Source: Lachnospiraceae bacterium (GTDB taxonomy: Bacteria > Bacillota > Clostridia > Lachnospirales > Lachnospiraceae). Taken from it: 64,000 nt of DNA. The notes beneath the pieces are model-generated. The model was not told where the DNA came from and searched no databases. It saw only the letters and a list, made by a program, of their open reading frames with translations. Location of the stretch: NCBI GenBank assembly GCA_016283575.1, contig JAEEND010000027.1:2711-66710 (forward strand), read 5' to 3'. Below are positions 44,089-54,998 of the stretch, one piece after another (position 1 is the first letter of the stretch; each line of letters starts with the position of its first letter). The position numbers and the translations under genes are program-made.

Positions 44089-45390
44089 TTAAATATTGTA
44101 CTTAATCTTATCCTTTACATCTATATCTTTACCTATCTGAACTTCAGATAATACAAGACGGGTTTTGGCTTTAACTTTATGCTTGTCGCCGATGTTTAGG
44201 TGCACAACATCGCCCGGTGTAATTAAGGTTGTTACGCCATTTACGGTAACTTCACCTTCTCCTTCAAGGCAGGTCCATACTTCGGTACGGCGCTCGTGAG
44301 AGTGATAATTCATCTCATGATTGGGAAGAAGGGTGACTTTAATGGTAAGACTTTCTTTTTCAACATCTAAGACCTTGTAGCTACCCCAGGATTTTTCAGC
44401 ATACATAACAGGACCTTCAAGCTTATCGACATATGGCTTCATGTAGCTTGATTCATGCTTATCGGCAACAAGGATTCCATCGGCACTTGCTGCGACCACG
44501 ATGTTTTTAAGCCCCATACCCAATATAGGAAGGTCAAGTTCGTTGACAATGTGAGTGTTTTCAGATGTTTCATCAAGCATAGCATTACCCACAACGGTTT
44601 CAGTCATGGCTTCCGTGAGGGTGTTCCAGGTGCCGAGATCCTTCCACTGACCGGCGAATCTTGATACTCGAATCTTAGATTCTTTTTCCACGACTGCATA
44701 GTCAAAACTAATCTTAGTGAGATTATCGTAATTATTATGAAGGGACTCGAAATCGCAGTAGCCGATTACAGTCTTTGTCTTTTCTAATAAGTATTTAAGC
44801 TTGAATCCAAAAACGCCGCCGTTCCAGAGAGCCTTCTGTTTAAGAAGTTCCTTGGCAGTTTCAAGGTCGGGCTTCTCTTTAAATGAATTAACGGTATCAT
44901 CAGCGTTAGCTAAGATATATCCGTATTTTTCGCTGGGATAGGTAGGTTCAATGCCCATCAGGGTGAGGCCGTCGGGATTCTTGTCCGTTTCTTCGGCAAT
45001 TGTCCTAAGGGCACGGAAATAGTCATCCTCCACATAAGGATCTACCGGACATACCACAACAGCTTCGTCATCAGCAGCTTTAAGCTTGTCTTTTAAGAAA
45101 GAAGCTGCCAAAGCGATAGCAGGGAAGGTATCACGGCGGCAGGGCTCGACACAGATATTAACATCATCCCCCAATTGATTCATGAGAGCGGAGACCTGAG
45201 TCTTACCTGTGGCAATTGTAATAGTTGCTCCGGGAATCTGTGTTTTGATACCACGTGTTATCCTTTGTACCATTGATTCTTTTTGCCCATCAGGACTCTT
45301 AAATATTTTTATAAATTGTTTGCTCCTTACGTCATTGGATAAGGGCCAAAGGCGCTTACCCGAGCCACCTGACAGTAGAATTACATGCAT
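44089..45390 (-). CDS. manC: Mannose-1-phosphate guanylyltransferase with C-terminal cupin (type II PMI-like) domain
   Basis: ILLSGGSGKRLWPLS nucleotidyltransferase motif and a C-terminal HSHERRTEVW..GEGEV cupin. The start was set at the ATG at 45390 (AAGGAG 7 nt upstream) rather than 45447. Confidence 0.85.
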   Translation of the reverse strand: MHVILLSGGSGKRLWPLSNDVRSKQFIKIFKSPDGQKESMVQRITRGIKTQIPGATITIATGKTQVSALMNQLGDDVNICVEPCRRDTFPAIALAASFLKDKLKAADDEAVVVCPVDPYVEDDYFRALRTIAEETDKNPDGLTLMGIEPTYPSEKYGYILANADDTVNSFKEKPDLETAKELLKQKALWNGGVFGFKLKYLLEKTKTVIGYCDFESLHNNYDNLTKISFDYAVVEKESKIRVSRFAGQWKDLGTWNTLTEAMTETVVGNAMLDETSENTHIVNELDLPILGMGLKNIVVAASADGILVADKHESSYMKPYVDKLEGPVMYAEKSWGSYKVLDVEKESLTIKVTLLPNHEMNYHSHERRTEVWTCLEGEGEVTVNGVTTLITPGDVVHLNIGDKHKVKAKTRLVLSEVQIGKDIDVKDKIKYNI

Positions 45391-45420
45391 TGAGTTACTC
45401 CTTGTTATGTAGTGCGAAAA

Positions 45421-45436
45421 CCCGCATAGCTTCGGG
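45421..45436 (-). terminator. Small hairpin plus U-run after 45511-46230
   Basis: Minus strand CCCG-aagctatg-CGGG followed by TTTTCGC. An outer gcgaaaa/ttttcgc pairing is also possible. Confidence 0.4.
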
Positions 45437-45510
45437 ATTTTTCGCAATATTGTGATTATTCTTTCGTATGAAGAATTATCGTTTTGTTAAATCTATATTA
45501 TATTTTTATA

Positions 45511-46230
45511 TCAGTAAATCGCTGTGGTCTGAATCAATTTAAATACTGCTGTTATTATTAAAAATGACATGTAAATATTTGAGTCAATTTTCTTATCCTT
45601 AGTCACTCTGAAAATCAAAAATGTGATGACTATGTGAGTGAGCCAGAAGATCAATTTTTGAATCTCGGGTACGAATAAAGAAATGGCCGCTATGATAATG
45701 GCGATTGCGATTACTATGATTTCTGTCATGAACTCACGGGTTTTTAAGGTGTTTTTGATGGTTTTTTCACTAAATTCGGATTCCGCCACATCTTCAATAT
45801 TCGTTGATTTTACGGCATTTATGAGGGTTTTTAATATCAAAAACACGGCTATTATTAAACTTAGGTTTAATAAATCCTTGTTTATGAATGTAGTTACATC
45901 TATACTGCCCGGCAAGTCGGCTTGACTGAAGATCAGCGCGTGAAAAAGATTTATCGGCACTATAGGAACGAAGACTAAATATGTTACTAAGGCTTCGAAG
46001 AAGAGGTCGAATGTCACCTTCTTCTCGGCATATGTGACCATTGCAGAAATAATACAAGCGAGTACTACAGTTATCACCACATCGACTATTATTTCCCAGA
46101 TTGTTCTTGAAAGCATCCCGGTCTTCAAGTAAAAATAAAATCCGATTCCCTGAGCGCTTTCCATGTCATGAAACGCGTATATTGTCATGAGCATTAATAT
46201 GGGAGCTATGATTCTTTTTATAATCTTCAT
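45511..46230 (-). CDS. Integral membrane protein, unknown function (239 aa)
   Basis: Several long hydrophobic segments. The GGAGG for its ATG lies in the 3' end of the upstream gene. Confidence 0.7.
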   Translation of the reverse strand: MKIIKRIIAPILMLMTIYAFHDMESAQGIGFYFYLKTGMLSRTIWEIIVDVVITVVLACIISAMVTYAEKKVTFDLFFEALVTYLVFVPIVPINLFHALIFSQADLPGSIDVTTFINKDLLNLSLIIAVFLILKTLINAVKSTNIEDVAESEFSEKTIKNTLKTREFMTEIIVIAIAIIIAAISLFVPEIQKLIFWLTHIVITFLIFRVTKDKKIDSNIYMSFLIITAVFKLIQTTAIY

Positions 46231-46231
46231 G

Positions 46232-47347
46232 TCAACCTCCCATAGTCAATAACAATATATCCGTTACCGCGAGAACAAAGTACAAAGGCAATACATATAC
46301 TGTCGCTTTTTTATTTTCTTTTATTAATCCTGCAAGTAACCTTGCGGCTTCTAAAGCCAACAAAACCATTATACCAAAAGATGCCCGCGCAGGGAAATGC
46401 GGAGAAATAGCCATGGCTCCATAGGCAAGAGCCGCGGTTGTAAGTATCAAATAATCTTCTGTTTTGAGTAAATTGCCTGCTTTTTTATTAATGGCTATCA
46501 GCACTGCGACTATCAAAGCAACAGGTAATAACCATGAACAAAGAGCCGCATACATTATCAAAAACCGCTCTATAAGGATTTCTTTTAATGAACCCGCTTC
46601 CACGAATTCAGATCGCACAAAATTACCGGGAGCAAGGATGCAAAGAGCGCTTCCAATAAGGCTTCCCAAAGCTCCTATGATCATCCAGGGCTTAATCGGC
46701 TGTTTCTTTTTCCAATGAAGAAAGATTACGAGGCATGCAAGGCAGAAGGCCGCAGGGCCCATGTTTTCATTGCTCCAGCCTGTGATAACGGATAAAGGAA
46801 CGATTAAAACAGTCAGTAACACGCTTTTTTCACTGTCACGTCGCAGGCTTTGGATATAAATATATATAAATAATAAAATCCATGCGGATGAATATACGTA
46901 GTTAACGGCCCCGGCCTGCCAGAGCATGCTATGGAAGATGTCCGGATTAGAAAAGATAAGCAATGCTTCCGTTACTGAAAAAGTCGGGATGCGGTTTTTT
47001 TTCTCTACAAATAAAGATGCGATCAGACCCAAAAGCACAAACGCACATGTATTAAGTAAGTCCGCCATGTGTTCGCCGGACATAAGGGTCAGTTGGAGGA
47101 GCGCATGGGTTATGGATCTTCCGCCCCAGTTCATGTAGTGCCAGATCTGGCTTTCTATAATATCACTGAAGCTATGTAAAGGCTCGCCCGTTGCAAGGTT
47201 CGTCGCATACCAAAGGTCATCCATCATGAAGGGAGTGCGAAGGTTAGATACAAAAAATGCGATAATAATTGCAATAGAAAGGCATATGAAAGATAGGTTC
47301 AAAAGGGATTCTCTATGATCATTATTATTATCCGAAAACTTATTCAT
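46232..47347 (-). CDS. Polytopic membrane protein (paralogue of 57429-58946)
   Basis: Shares motifs MMDDLWYAT / TADDWAYGK and LCILAPGNFVR / LCIFAPGNTAR. The start was set at the ATG at 47347 (ATGAATAA overlap with the upstream stop); the ORF-track start at 47416 is less likely. Confidence 0.7.
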   Translation of the reverse strand: MNKFSDNNNDHRESLLNLSFICLSIAIIIAFFVSNLRTPFMMDDLWYATNLATGEPLHSFSDIIESQIWHYMNWGGRSITHALLQLTLMSGEHMADLLNTCAFVLLGLIASLFVEKKNRIPTFSVTEALLIFSNPDIFHSMLWQAGAVNYVYSSAWILLFIYIYIQSLRRDSEKSVLLTVLIVPLSVITGWSNENMGPAAFCLACLVIFLHWKKKQPIKPWMIIGALGSLIGSALCILAPGNFVRSEFVEAGSLKEILIERFLIMYAALCSWLLPVALIVAVLIAINKKAGNLLKTEDYLILTTAALAYGAMAISPHFPARASFGIMVLLALEAARLLAGLIKENKKATVYVLPLYFVLAVTDILLLTMGG

Positions 47348-48560
47348 AAGTAAATCCCCTGAAGATATTGACAAAATAGTAAATTCCGCTAAGGAGCTGA
47401 ATCGAAAATGCTCCATAAGTAATTAAAAGAGCATACCACTTAAGCTTCTTTTTGAAGGTTTCCTGAAGAAGTTTAACAGCGCTTACAAGCTCAAAAAAGA
47501 AGATTCCGTGCATGTAGCCCCAGCAGAAATTAAAGTCCTGGAACCTGAAGCCCTTTTCACATAATAGTCCCGCTTCAAGAAATGAAACAAGGAAAAAGAA
47601 CAGGGCGAATTTATATAAAGTGTCCCCCTTAATGGAGCGATTTACAGCGAACGCCACGAGGCAGGCAATGGCGAAAATGTTACCATAGAAAACTGCTTCC
47701 GGAATATATATATTCATAAGTTTCCATACATCGAAGAAGCAGAAGCCTATGCCCGATTCGGTTGCCGCGTCACCGGTGCCTGCAAATACACCACCGTATT
47801 GCCTGAGCATATCTATAAAAGTAGGTACAAAACAAAGTGCGAGAATCAATGTATTCTTTAGATTCTTAAACTTATTCTTTATAAGTCTAAAGGCCATGAT
47901 GAGACCTGCAACGGATACAAGCACCAATGTGAAGCTTGGCTTTGTGAAGGTCGTTAAGAAAAGAGAGACTGCGAAAACCACTAAGTCGCGCTTATTTATG
48001 TTAGCCTCATATTCTTTTAGGATTTTTGCAAAAGAAAAGAAGGCAACTATAGCAAAGGGTCTTGTTGCAGTGTAAGTCGCGTTATGCCAGGGATTCCCGG
48101 TGAAAATTCCGAGATAATTATTATATTTATGAGGTAAATGGATTCCCTCCGGAGTCACTACCATTGAAAGCAGGAAAACACAAAAGATAACTAGATCAGC
48201 GAAAATGTGCTTTGTCCGGTAGCTTTTGTCATCTGCCGAAATAACGATTAACTTATCTGAATAAAATTTAGCTGCAAGAAGAGCCAGCAAATTAAGCCCC
48301 GCCACTACGGTAGCAATGCTTACTTCCACCGGCATAAAAAACGCAAGGCCTCTCACGCACCAGAAAAACAGCCTGTAAGGGTATGAATATCCCGAATCAA
48401 TTCCCATGGCATCCTGCATGTAAGCTAAGATGTCAGATTTAAACATCACCTGATCCCCGGGGTGCATGGCCTGATTGTATGTGAGTACAAAAAGAAGCCC
48501 TGTCAAGACAAGGCACAGAAATAAGTATATAGAATAATCTGTAATCGGACGTTTTTTCAT
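47340..48560 (-). CDS. Polytopic membrane protein (paralogue of 56065-57336)
   Basis: Shares PWHNATYTATRPFAIVAFFSF / LWHNSTYITAKPFTILAFLSF and FNFCWGYMHGIFFF / GNFQWGYCHSLFFLFF. Confidence 0.75.
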   Translation of the reverse strand: MKKRPITDYSIYLFLCLVLTGLLFVLTYNQAMHPGDQVMFKSDILAYMQDAMGIDSGYSYPYRLFFWCVRGLAFFMPVEVSIATVVAGLNLLALLAAKFYSDKLIVISADDKSYRTKHIFADLVIFCVFLLSMVVTPEGIHLPHKYNNYLGIFTGNPWHNATYTATRPFAIVAFFSFAKILKEYEANINKRDLVVFAVSLFLTTFTKPSFTLVLVSVAGLIMAFRLIKNKFKNLKNTLILALCFVPTFIDMLRQYGGVFAGTGDAATESGIGFCFFDVWKLMNIYIPEAVFYGNIFAIACLVAFAVNRSIKGDTLYKFALFFFLVSFLEAGLLCEKGFRFQDFNFCWGYMHGIFFFELVSAVKLLQETFKKKLKWYALLITYGAFSIQLLSGIYYFVNIFRGFTYE

Positions 48561-48605
48561 AGTTTCAGTATACGACGTATGATTGGATTTGTCAGTGTAA
48601 ACCTG

Positions 48606-49652
48606 TCAGGATATATACTTTCCGCCGGGAAGCTTTCTAACTACCCAGGATATTGCAAAGGCTACCGCGAAGGACAATACTGTAAAAATAATAACCTTCA
48701 CCGGTTCATATATATTAAGCATTATATGTTGCTGCAACACCTCAACTGCAATTAAGTGCGATAAATATATTCCAAAGCTATACTTAGCAATAACACTAAT
48801 CACTCTGTTTTCTTTATCGAAATGCTGTTTTGCAAAAACAAATATTGCCACTGCTATCAATGCAGTCTGCACAGACTCATAAGCAATGAAGTCGGCGGAT
48901 ATAGCATTATTATGTTTGCAAGCCAATATTGTTGTAATAAATGTGAAGGCCACACTACAAATGCCTGCTGCATATATTCCTACACGTACCTTTTGCTCAA
49001 AAGAATGCGTTCTCAAATAGTATCCCAACACATAGTAGAATCCATAAGCTCCAACCACCTCAATCCTCATCGTCATCATCACATAACTAAAGGATGAGGC
49101 AAGCAGAGAAACAAGCGGCTTAGATATGTACGAACCTATTAAGACAACCTCCGGCAAAACAAACGCAAAAACGGCCGATAAAATCAGGAAATATCGAGTA
49201 AGCTTTTCATCGCGAACTAATTCCTTTAGAATAGGCGTTACCAAATAAAGCCCCATTATCAACCAGCAATACCAAAGATGATAATGACCACCTATAAGAC
49301 TACTGAAAAAATCCCAAAGGCTATCATGATGGAACAAAATCGCGTATATAAAAGACCACACAAGAAATGCAATTAAGATTCTTTTGCAACGTTTTAAAGC
49401 CTCTTTAACAGAGAAGCTTTCTTTTGCTAAAAGAAGGCTACCGCTAATCATTACGAATACCGGCACGGCCCAGCGTGATATAGATGTAAAAATCGTCAAA
49501 ATATACCATTCAGCTGAAAATAGAACCGTTCCCTGCTCCCACGCTCTCGCAGAAACATGGATAAACACAACGCAAAATGCCGCCAATGTCCTGAGATAAT
49601 CAAGAAAGACCACTCTATTATTTTCTTTTATCACCTTAACCCCATTTTCCAA
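48606..49652 (-). CDS. Acyltransferase family 3 (O-acyltransferase-type) membrane protein
   Basis: VFLDYLRTLAAFCVVFIHVSA start typical of Acyl_transf_3, with about 10 hydrophobic segments. Confidence 0.75.
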   Translation of the reverse strand: MENGVKVIKENNRVVFLDYLRTLAAFCVVFIHVSARAWEQGTVLFSAEWYILTIFTSISRWAVPVFVMISGSLLLAKESFSVKEALKRCKRILIAFLVWSFIYAILFHHDSLWDFFSSLIGGHYHLWYCWLIMGLYLVTPILKELVRDEKLTRYFLILSAVFAFVLPEVVLIGSYISKPLVSLLASSFSYVMMTMRIEVVGAYGFYYVLGYYLRTHSFEQKVRVGIYAAGICSVAFTFITTILACKHNNAISADFIAYESVQTALIAVAIFVFAKQHFDKENRVISVIAKYSFGIYLSHLIAVEVLQQHIMLNIYEPVKVIIFTVLSFAVAFAISWVVRKLPGGKYIS

Positions 49653-49770
49653 CTATATACCTCCCAATAAATGGTATGTAGACATGTCATCATATAAACT
49701 TTACTTTTCCTTAAAGCTCTAATAAGATAATAATAACCTAAATCCTAAGACAAAAGGAACCTAAATTTAC

Positions 49771-51363
49771 ATGAAAAACAAACTTTTAAGCACTAAAACG
49801 CTTTTCTTTATAATACTAATCTTTGCCACCGTCGCACGTTTAGTTTTTCTTGGCGGCTTACCCGCAGGGATTAACCAGGATGAAGCCATGGGTGCAATGG
49901 ATGCATATGCCTTGTCGATGTACGGCACCGATAGATTCGGAATGCATATGCCCGTACACTTTACCGCTTGGGGCGAGTCCCAGATGAGCGTTCTTCTTGC
50001 TTACTTCATGGTTCCTTTTATAAAAATCTTTGGATTTTCAACATTTGCCATCAGACTTCCCATGGCAATTATTAGTTCTGTTTCCATCGCAGTTATCTTT
50101 TTTATAACAAAAGGAATATTTAATGATTCTCGACTCGCTTTATTTACTATGTTTATAACAGCCATCAACCCCTGGCAGTTTATTCAGAGCCGCTGGGCTA
50201 TTGACTGTAACATGTTTCCTCATATTTTTCTTATAGGATTTCTCCTGCTTCTTTACGGTCTCAAGAAAAGATGGGCGCTTTATCTCTCGATGCTTTTCTT
50301 CGGCCTTACTTTTTATAGCTACGGCATCGCCGTATACACAGTACCAGTGTTTTTGTTTGTATTCGCGCTTTACTGCCTGATAAAGAAGCAGTTAGAGCTT
50401 CGCGACATCATTATTTCCATTCTTATTTTTACTGTAGTGGCATTACCCGAAATATTGGTTATGGTTGTAAACATGTTTCACTTGCATAGTATAGAAACAC
50501 CTCTTTTTACCATCCCATGTTTCCCCGAAAGTGTACGAAGCAACGATATTTTATTCTTAAACTTTAGTTTCGCTCAGCTTGGAAAGAATGCGCTTAGCAT
50601 GTTAATGCATGTGTTTATCCAGACCCCGGATTATATCTTCAATACAATCCCTTTCTTTGGACCTTTATATCATGTTTCCATCCCATTTATGATTATTGGC
50701 ATTATCATGACAACATTTCACTTCTTCAGAGAAAGCCAAATCGAAATCAAAGCAAAATACCTTGCGCTTTTAGGTTTTCTCTTATCCGGCATTTGGGTTG
50801 GCCTTATCACCTACGAAGTCAATGTAAACAGAGTAAACATCATCTTTTATCCCTTAATCATTTTCACGGGCGTAGGAATATTCGAAACCGTAGAATTTAT
50901 CAAAAAACAAACCGGTAAATCCTTAGCCCTCGCCTTTACACTTCTTTACATGGCACTTGGGTGCGCGTTCTTTATTAGTTATGGGACATATTACAAAGAA
51001 AGTATTAAGCCCTGGTTTAGTGTGAATTTCTTAGATGCAGTCTCAGTTGCCGACTCAATGGATGATATAGATGCTTTGTATATTACAAGCAGCATGGAGA
51101 CTCAGACAAATGCGAAGATGGCCGAGATTCTCACTGAGTATGCACTGAAGATGGATTCAAAGTATTTCCAAGAAGAGACAAATAGTCTTAATGGGCGCAC
51201 ACTTCTTCCATATAGTGAACGTTATCACTTTGTAGACCGAGAAACTAAAAAAACAACCTCCCGCAAACCTTTTGCTTACATCACAAAAAAAAGCGAAAAC
51301 AGCACTGTTACGGAAGGTTATGAAGTAATATATGAAAATGAGACTTATGCGGTTTTAAAATAA
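49771..51363 (+). CDS. GT39/ArnT-like (PMT_2-type) GT-C glycosyltransferase
   Basis: GINQDEAMGAMDAYALSMYGTDRFGMHMPVHFTAWGESQMSVL first-loop motif; polytopic; soluble C-terminal ~130 aa. Confidence 0.7.
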   Translation: MKNKLLSTKTLFFIILIFATVARLVFLGGLPAGINQDEAMGAMDAYALSMYGTDRFGMHMPVHFTAWGESQMSVLLAYFMVPFIKIFGFSTFAIRLPMAIISSVSIAVIFFITKGIFNDSRLALFTMFITAINPWQFIQSRWAIDCNMFPHIFLIGFLLLLYGLKKRWALYLSMLFFGLTFYSYGIAVYTVPVFLFVFALYCLIKKQLELRDIIISILIFTVVALPEILVMVVNMFHLHSIETPLFTIPCFPESVRSNDILFLNFSFAQLGKNALSMLMHVFIQTPDYIFNTIPFFGPLYHVSIPFMIIGIIMTTFHFFRESQIEIKAKYLALLGFLLSGIWVGLITYEVNVNRVNIIFYPLIIFTGVGIFETVEFIKKQTGKSLALAFTLLYMALGCAFFISYGTYYKESIKPWFSVNFLDAVSVADSMDDIDALYITSSMETQTNAKMAEILTEYALKMDSKYFQEETNSLNGRTLLPYSERYHFVDRETKKTTSRKPFAYITKKSENSTVTEGYEVIYENETYAVLK

Positions 51364-51411
51364 GCATAGCATCCATTGAAAGCATACAGTTTACATTGCC
51401 ATTGTAATCTT

Positions 51412-53256
51412 TCAGAACTCATTACACTTATTTCTTTTTTGTTGTAAAGCTCTACTGATACCGATAACAGCTGTACCTAGTAACCCCATCACATCTATGG
51501 CGAGCATCAGCCTCCGCCCTTTATCCTTAACCCGGCCCACATATGTAATGTTATACATTATTGGAGTCTCTAATTTTTGACCATTTATCTGAATATTTCC
51601 AAAATCAAACACCTCGGTTAAATGTGCATCGGAAAGATATGTCTCCACAACTTCCGCTTCAGATATAAGCATTTCAACAGTATAAGTCTTTCCTTCGATA
51701 AGGTCGCAATCTAACCACGTTTGGCTAAAAGGAGCACCTACCCTATCTTTTAGATATATAGTCGTGCTATATACAGTTTCACCGGAATCAAGAATAGATA
51801 AATCCACCATTCCCTCTCCATCCGGACTCGAAATATTAAACTCAAAACTCTTTAATTCAGAAAGACATGGCGTATAATCAAATGAAATCTCATCCCCATC
51901 ATGCAACTCTATTTTTGCTGGAGCAGCATAATTTGGTCTTTCAACCTTCTCATTTCCAATACCGCTTATTGGAATCCCAATCAAAAAAGCACTAACCCAC
52001 ATCACGCATATCAGAATTTTATTTGTAGATTTCGCGTTATTATTCTCAACGTTCAGCTCATATGAACATAAATATAACGTAAATGCACTTATGCAAATAT
52101 TGAAAATTCTATACGTGAAAAAATGATGAATAGTAGTATGATTAGATAAAACCGAATACCACAGTATTCCGGAAAAACCTATTAAAAAATATATCAGCCC
52201 GCTTTTATCGAGATTGGTTTTTATCTCGCATTTAAAACTTATATAAACGCCATATGCAATCCAACCAAGAATTATGGCTCCGTAGACAAAATTCTCATAA
52301 TGGTGCCAATTTATAAAAATCGTGTCGAAACGCCCAAAAGCATAAAAATTATATTGAAGCGTTGAATCAATTTCACCTGCTCGATAAAAAATCTCATGAA
52401 ACGCTTCTCTTACAACATTATAGCCGAGTATAGGTGTGGCGATAAGCCATTTTAAAAGCCAGAATATAGAATACCCCATCACCCAAGATACCGAGGCACT
52501 CGCGGCATCTGCAAAAAGCCTATTTAACTTTTTGTCTTCTGCAATCACCACATACCAGAGTAATGGCAAAGCATAAGTCAGTAATGGGAATGTCAATAAA
52601 TCAAAATATGAAGTCAAAATTCCCAATATCAAGAAGAAATAAGCGAATGTGTTCACTCTGAATCGATTTCCGAATATAAGTACATACCCTATTCCTAAAA
52701 AAGATATGTAAAATACAGGAGAATATTGCAATGACTCCGCCAACGCAACCGGCATCAAAAGAAAATAAGATGTTAGTAATGCCAGTACATATCGAAACTT
52801 CTTTGTTCTATTAAAAACCAAGAAACAAAGACAAATCACTAATGAAAGCTGAAGATAGAAATTAACCCCGCGCCACTCTTCATAATTCATGAAGTGAAGA
52901 ATTACTTTCAAGGGTAATATATATCCATGCCAGTATCTGGGATAATCCATATTGCTTAGCATTTGCCTTAATATGTTATCCGACGGCATCTCAGAAGCCG
53001 TCCTTATAATCAAAGAATCTGTACTATCATCAAGCGTATCCGTATTATTATCAAACTGGTGATAGAAAAGATTATTATACTGCCCCATTGCTGAGGGATA
53101 AAACCCTTCACTTTCCAAAATCTCAAGCGACTTGTTGGAGTTGGAATTAGGAGTGATTCTATACCCCAAAAACAAACAAAAAAAACCAACTGCAACGGCA
53201 AACAGAATAATCAAAACCGAACCAATACAAGTTCGCAAAAACCTTGTATACTTCAT
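51412..53256 (-). CDS. Polytopic membrane protein with C-terminal extracytoplasmic domain (GT-C/polymerase-like candidate)
   Basis: 614 aa with a YPRYWHGY motif, about 11 hydrophobic segments, then a ~170-aa beta-rich tail and a final TM segment. Confidence 0.65.
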   Translation of the reverse strand: MKYTRFLRTCIGSVLIILFAVAVGFFCLFLGYRITPNSNSNKSLEILESEGFYPSAMGQYNNLFYHQFDNNTDTLDDSTDSLIIRTASEMPSDNILRQMLSNMDYPRYWHGYILPLKVILHFMNYEEWRGVNFYLQLSLVICLCFLVFNRTKKFRYVLALLTSYFLLMPVALAESLQYSPVFYISFLGIGYVLIFGNRFRVNTFAYFFLILGILTSYFDLLTFPLLTYALPLLWYVVIAEDKKLNRLFADAASASVSWVMGYSIFWLLKWLIATPILGYNVVREAFHEIFYRAGEIDSTLQYNFYAFGRFDTIFINWHHYENFVYGAIILGWIAYGVYISFKCEIKTNLDKSGLIYFLIGFSGILWYSVLSNHTTIHHFFTYRIFNICISAFTLYLCSYELNVENNNAKSTNKILICVMWVSAFLIGIPISGIGNEKVERPNYAAPAKIELHDGDEISFDYTPCLSELKSFEFNISSPDGEGMVDLSILDSGETVYSTTIYLKDRVGAPFSQTWLDCDLIEGKTYTVEMLISEAEVVETYLSDAHLTEVFDFGNIQINGQKLETPIMYNITYVGRVKDKGRRLMLAIDVMGLLGTAVIGISRALQQKRNKCNEF

Positions 53257-53339
53257 AGAAACTCCTTCAATGCAATCTGAGTAAGGTAGCGTAGCGGTCC
53301 CCTTAACGCCATGACTATAAAATAACTATCTTTGGTGCA

Positions 53340-54950
53340 CTACTTCTTCCACACCACAAAATATTTACCATGGCCTCCAACCCAATAATCATCATAATTG
53401 AAATACCCCACTTCTTCCTGTCTAATTACGTAAGCAACTTTCTTATCGGCGTACTCCGCTACCACATCATCATTAACATACCCGTAAATATAACGTTCCT
53501 TGTAGGGAAGCACTTCTTTTCCATCCTGAATATCCGTCAAGCCTTGGAAATAGTGGGCATCCATTTTATGGGCATACATCGTCAAAATCTCTCCGAGTTT
53601 ATAATAATCCTTGTCAGTCGGATCTATCTGCGGATTTGTACGTATATAATAATAATCGCAATCACAGTCCTGTGCAGCCTTAACAGCATCTAAATAATCA
53701 TGATAATAGTAAGTATATGAAATGGGTGCCCATGCAATGAAGTAGACATATGCGAAATATAATCCAACTCCTGCATAGCTAAGCATAACTCCCGAAAACA
53801 CAATCTTGCTCTTCACAAAAATCCATTCAATTCCAATTGAAGCTATGATAACAACCATGTAGAAAGCGATATTAATTCGATGTATAACAGGCCCATTCGT
53901 TAATACACCTACCCAGGTTGTCAACAATAACCACGCAATCATAATGTTATAAAACATGTTGTGAAACTTGCATTTGATTGATCTGATAATCATTACAGCC
54001 AGACCAATAATAAAGAAAAACGTAGTCCCATGATAAATAGGGCCCAAGTTCTGTGTCGTACTGGTAAAAGTGAAATCCCCTTTCCACCAGACAACATTCA
54101 GATACTGCGTAAAATTAGCCCAGGCTTGTTTAAAACTAAAATTAGTAAAAAGAATATCGTTAGCTCTGGTACTTTCCGGAAATCTCGGCATTGTAAAAAA
54201 CGGTGTCTCAATCGTTTCCCATCCGAAAACATTAATAGCCATGGTAATGTATTCAGGCAATGAAACAAGTACAAAGATAACAATAGAAATCAAAACTTCT
54301 TTCCAGCCGATTATCTTTTCTCTTACCATAAACAAAGCTACGATCAATAGAAACAGAGGCAAGGAATAATCCGCCGTCGCATAAGCATAAACCGAAAGCC
54401 CGTATACCACCATGGATAAATACAGGCACCACTTCTTTTTAAAGCCTAAGACAAGTAACAGCGTCGCTATCAAAAACATATGCGGGTACATGTTGCAGTC
54501 TATGGACCATAGACTCTGCATGTAATGCCAAGGATTGATAATCATCATGAATAGCGTAACAAAAGCAAGCACTGCATTACTTTGTTTTCTCACAAAATAA
54601 AATAATGCTATCAATCCCAGCATACTGATAATCAATAACGGCAATCTGATTACCGGAGTTGAAAAACCAAAAAGCTTAATAAAAGGCACCATGCAGTATG
54701 ACAGCAGAACGCTCATCTGTGAGTCCCCCCATGCGGTGAAATGCACAGGAAATCTCATGCCCCATTTATCAGTTCCATACATAGATAAAGCCAGAGCATC
54801 AACTGCAGCAGAGGCTTCATCCTGATGCACTCCATGAGGAATATCCCCGAATCTCACCAGTCTGATAAATAAGCCTACTGTCACAAACAGGAGCATCATT
54901 ATAGTCTCGAAATATTTATTTGAAAATAATCTTTCTATCTTTTCTTTCAT
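53340..54950 (-). CDS. GT39/ArnT-like GT-C glycosyltransferase, paralogue of 49771-51363
   Basis: GVHQDEASAAVDALALSMYGTDKWGMRFPVHFTAWGDSQMSVL..FIKLFGFSTPVIRLPL. Confidence 0.7.
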   Translation of the reverse strand: MKEKIERLFSNKYFETIMMLLFVTVGLFIRLVRFGDIPHGVHQDEASAAVDALALSMYGTDKWGMRFPVHFTAWGDSQMSVLLSYCMVPFIKLFGFSTPVIRLPLLIISMLGLIALFYFVRKQSNAVLAFVTLFMMIINPWHYMQSLWSIDCNMYPHMFLIATLLLVLGFKKKWCLYLSMVVYGLSVYAYATADYSLPLFLLIVALFMVREKIIGWKEVLISIVIFVLVSLPEYITMAINVFGWETIETPFFTMPRFPESTRANDILFTNFSFKQAWANFTQYLNVVWWKGDFTFTSTTQNLGPIYHGTTFFFIIGLAVMIIRSIKCKFHNMFYNIMIAWLLLTTWVGVLTNGPVIHRINIAFYMVVIIASIGIEWIFVKSKIVFSGVMLSYAGVGLYFAYVYFIAWAPISYTYYYHDYLDAVKAAQDCDCDYYYIRTNPQIDPTDKDYYKLGEILTMYAHKMDAHYFQGLTDIQDGKEVLPYKERYIYGYVNDDVVAEYADKKVAYVIRQEEVGYFNYDDYWVGGHGKYFVVWKK

Positions 54951-54998
54951 AAAGCCTTCCTTTTTTTAGGCACATCTTTACATAAATCTCACAATTTA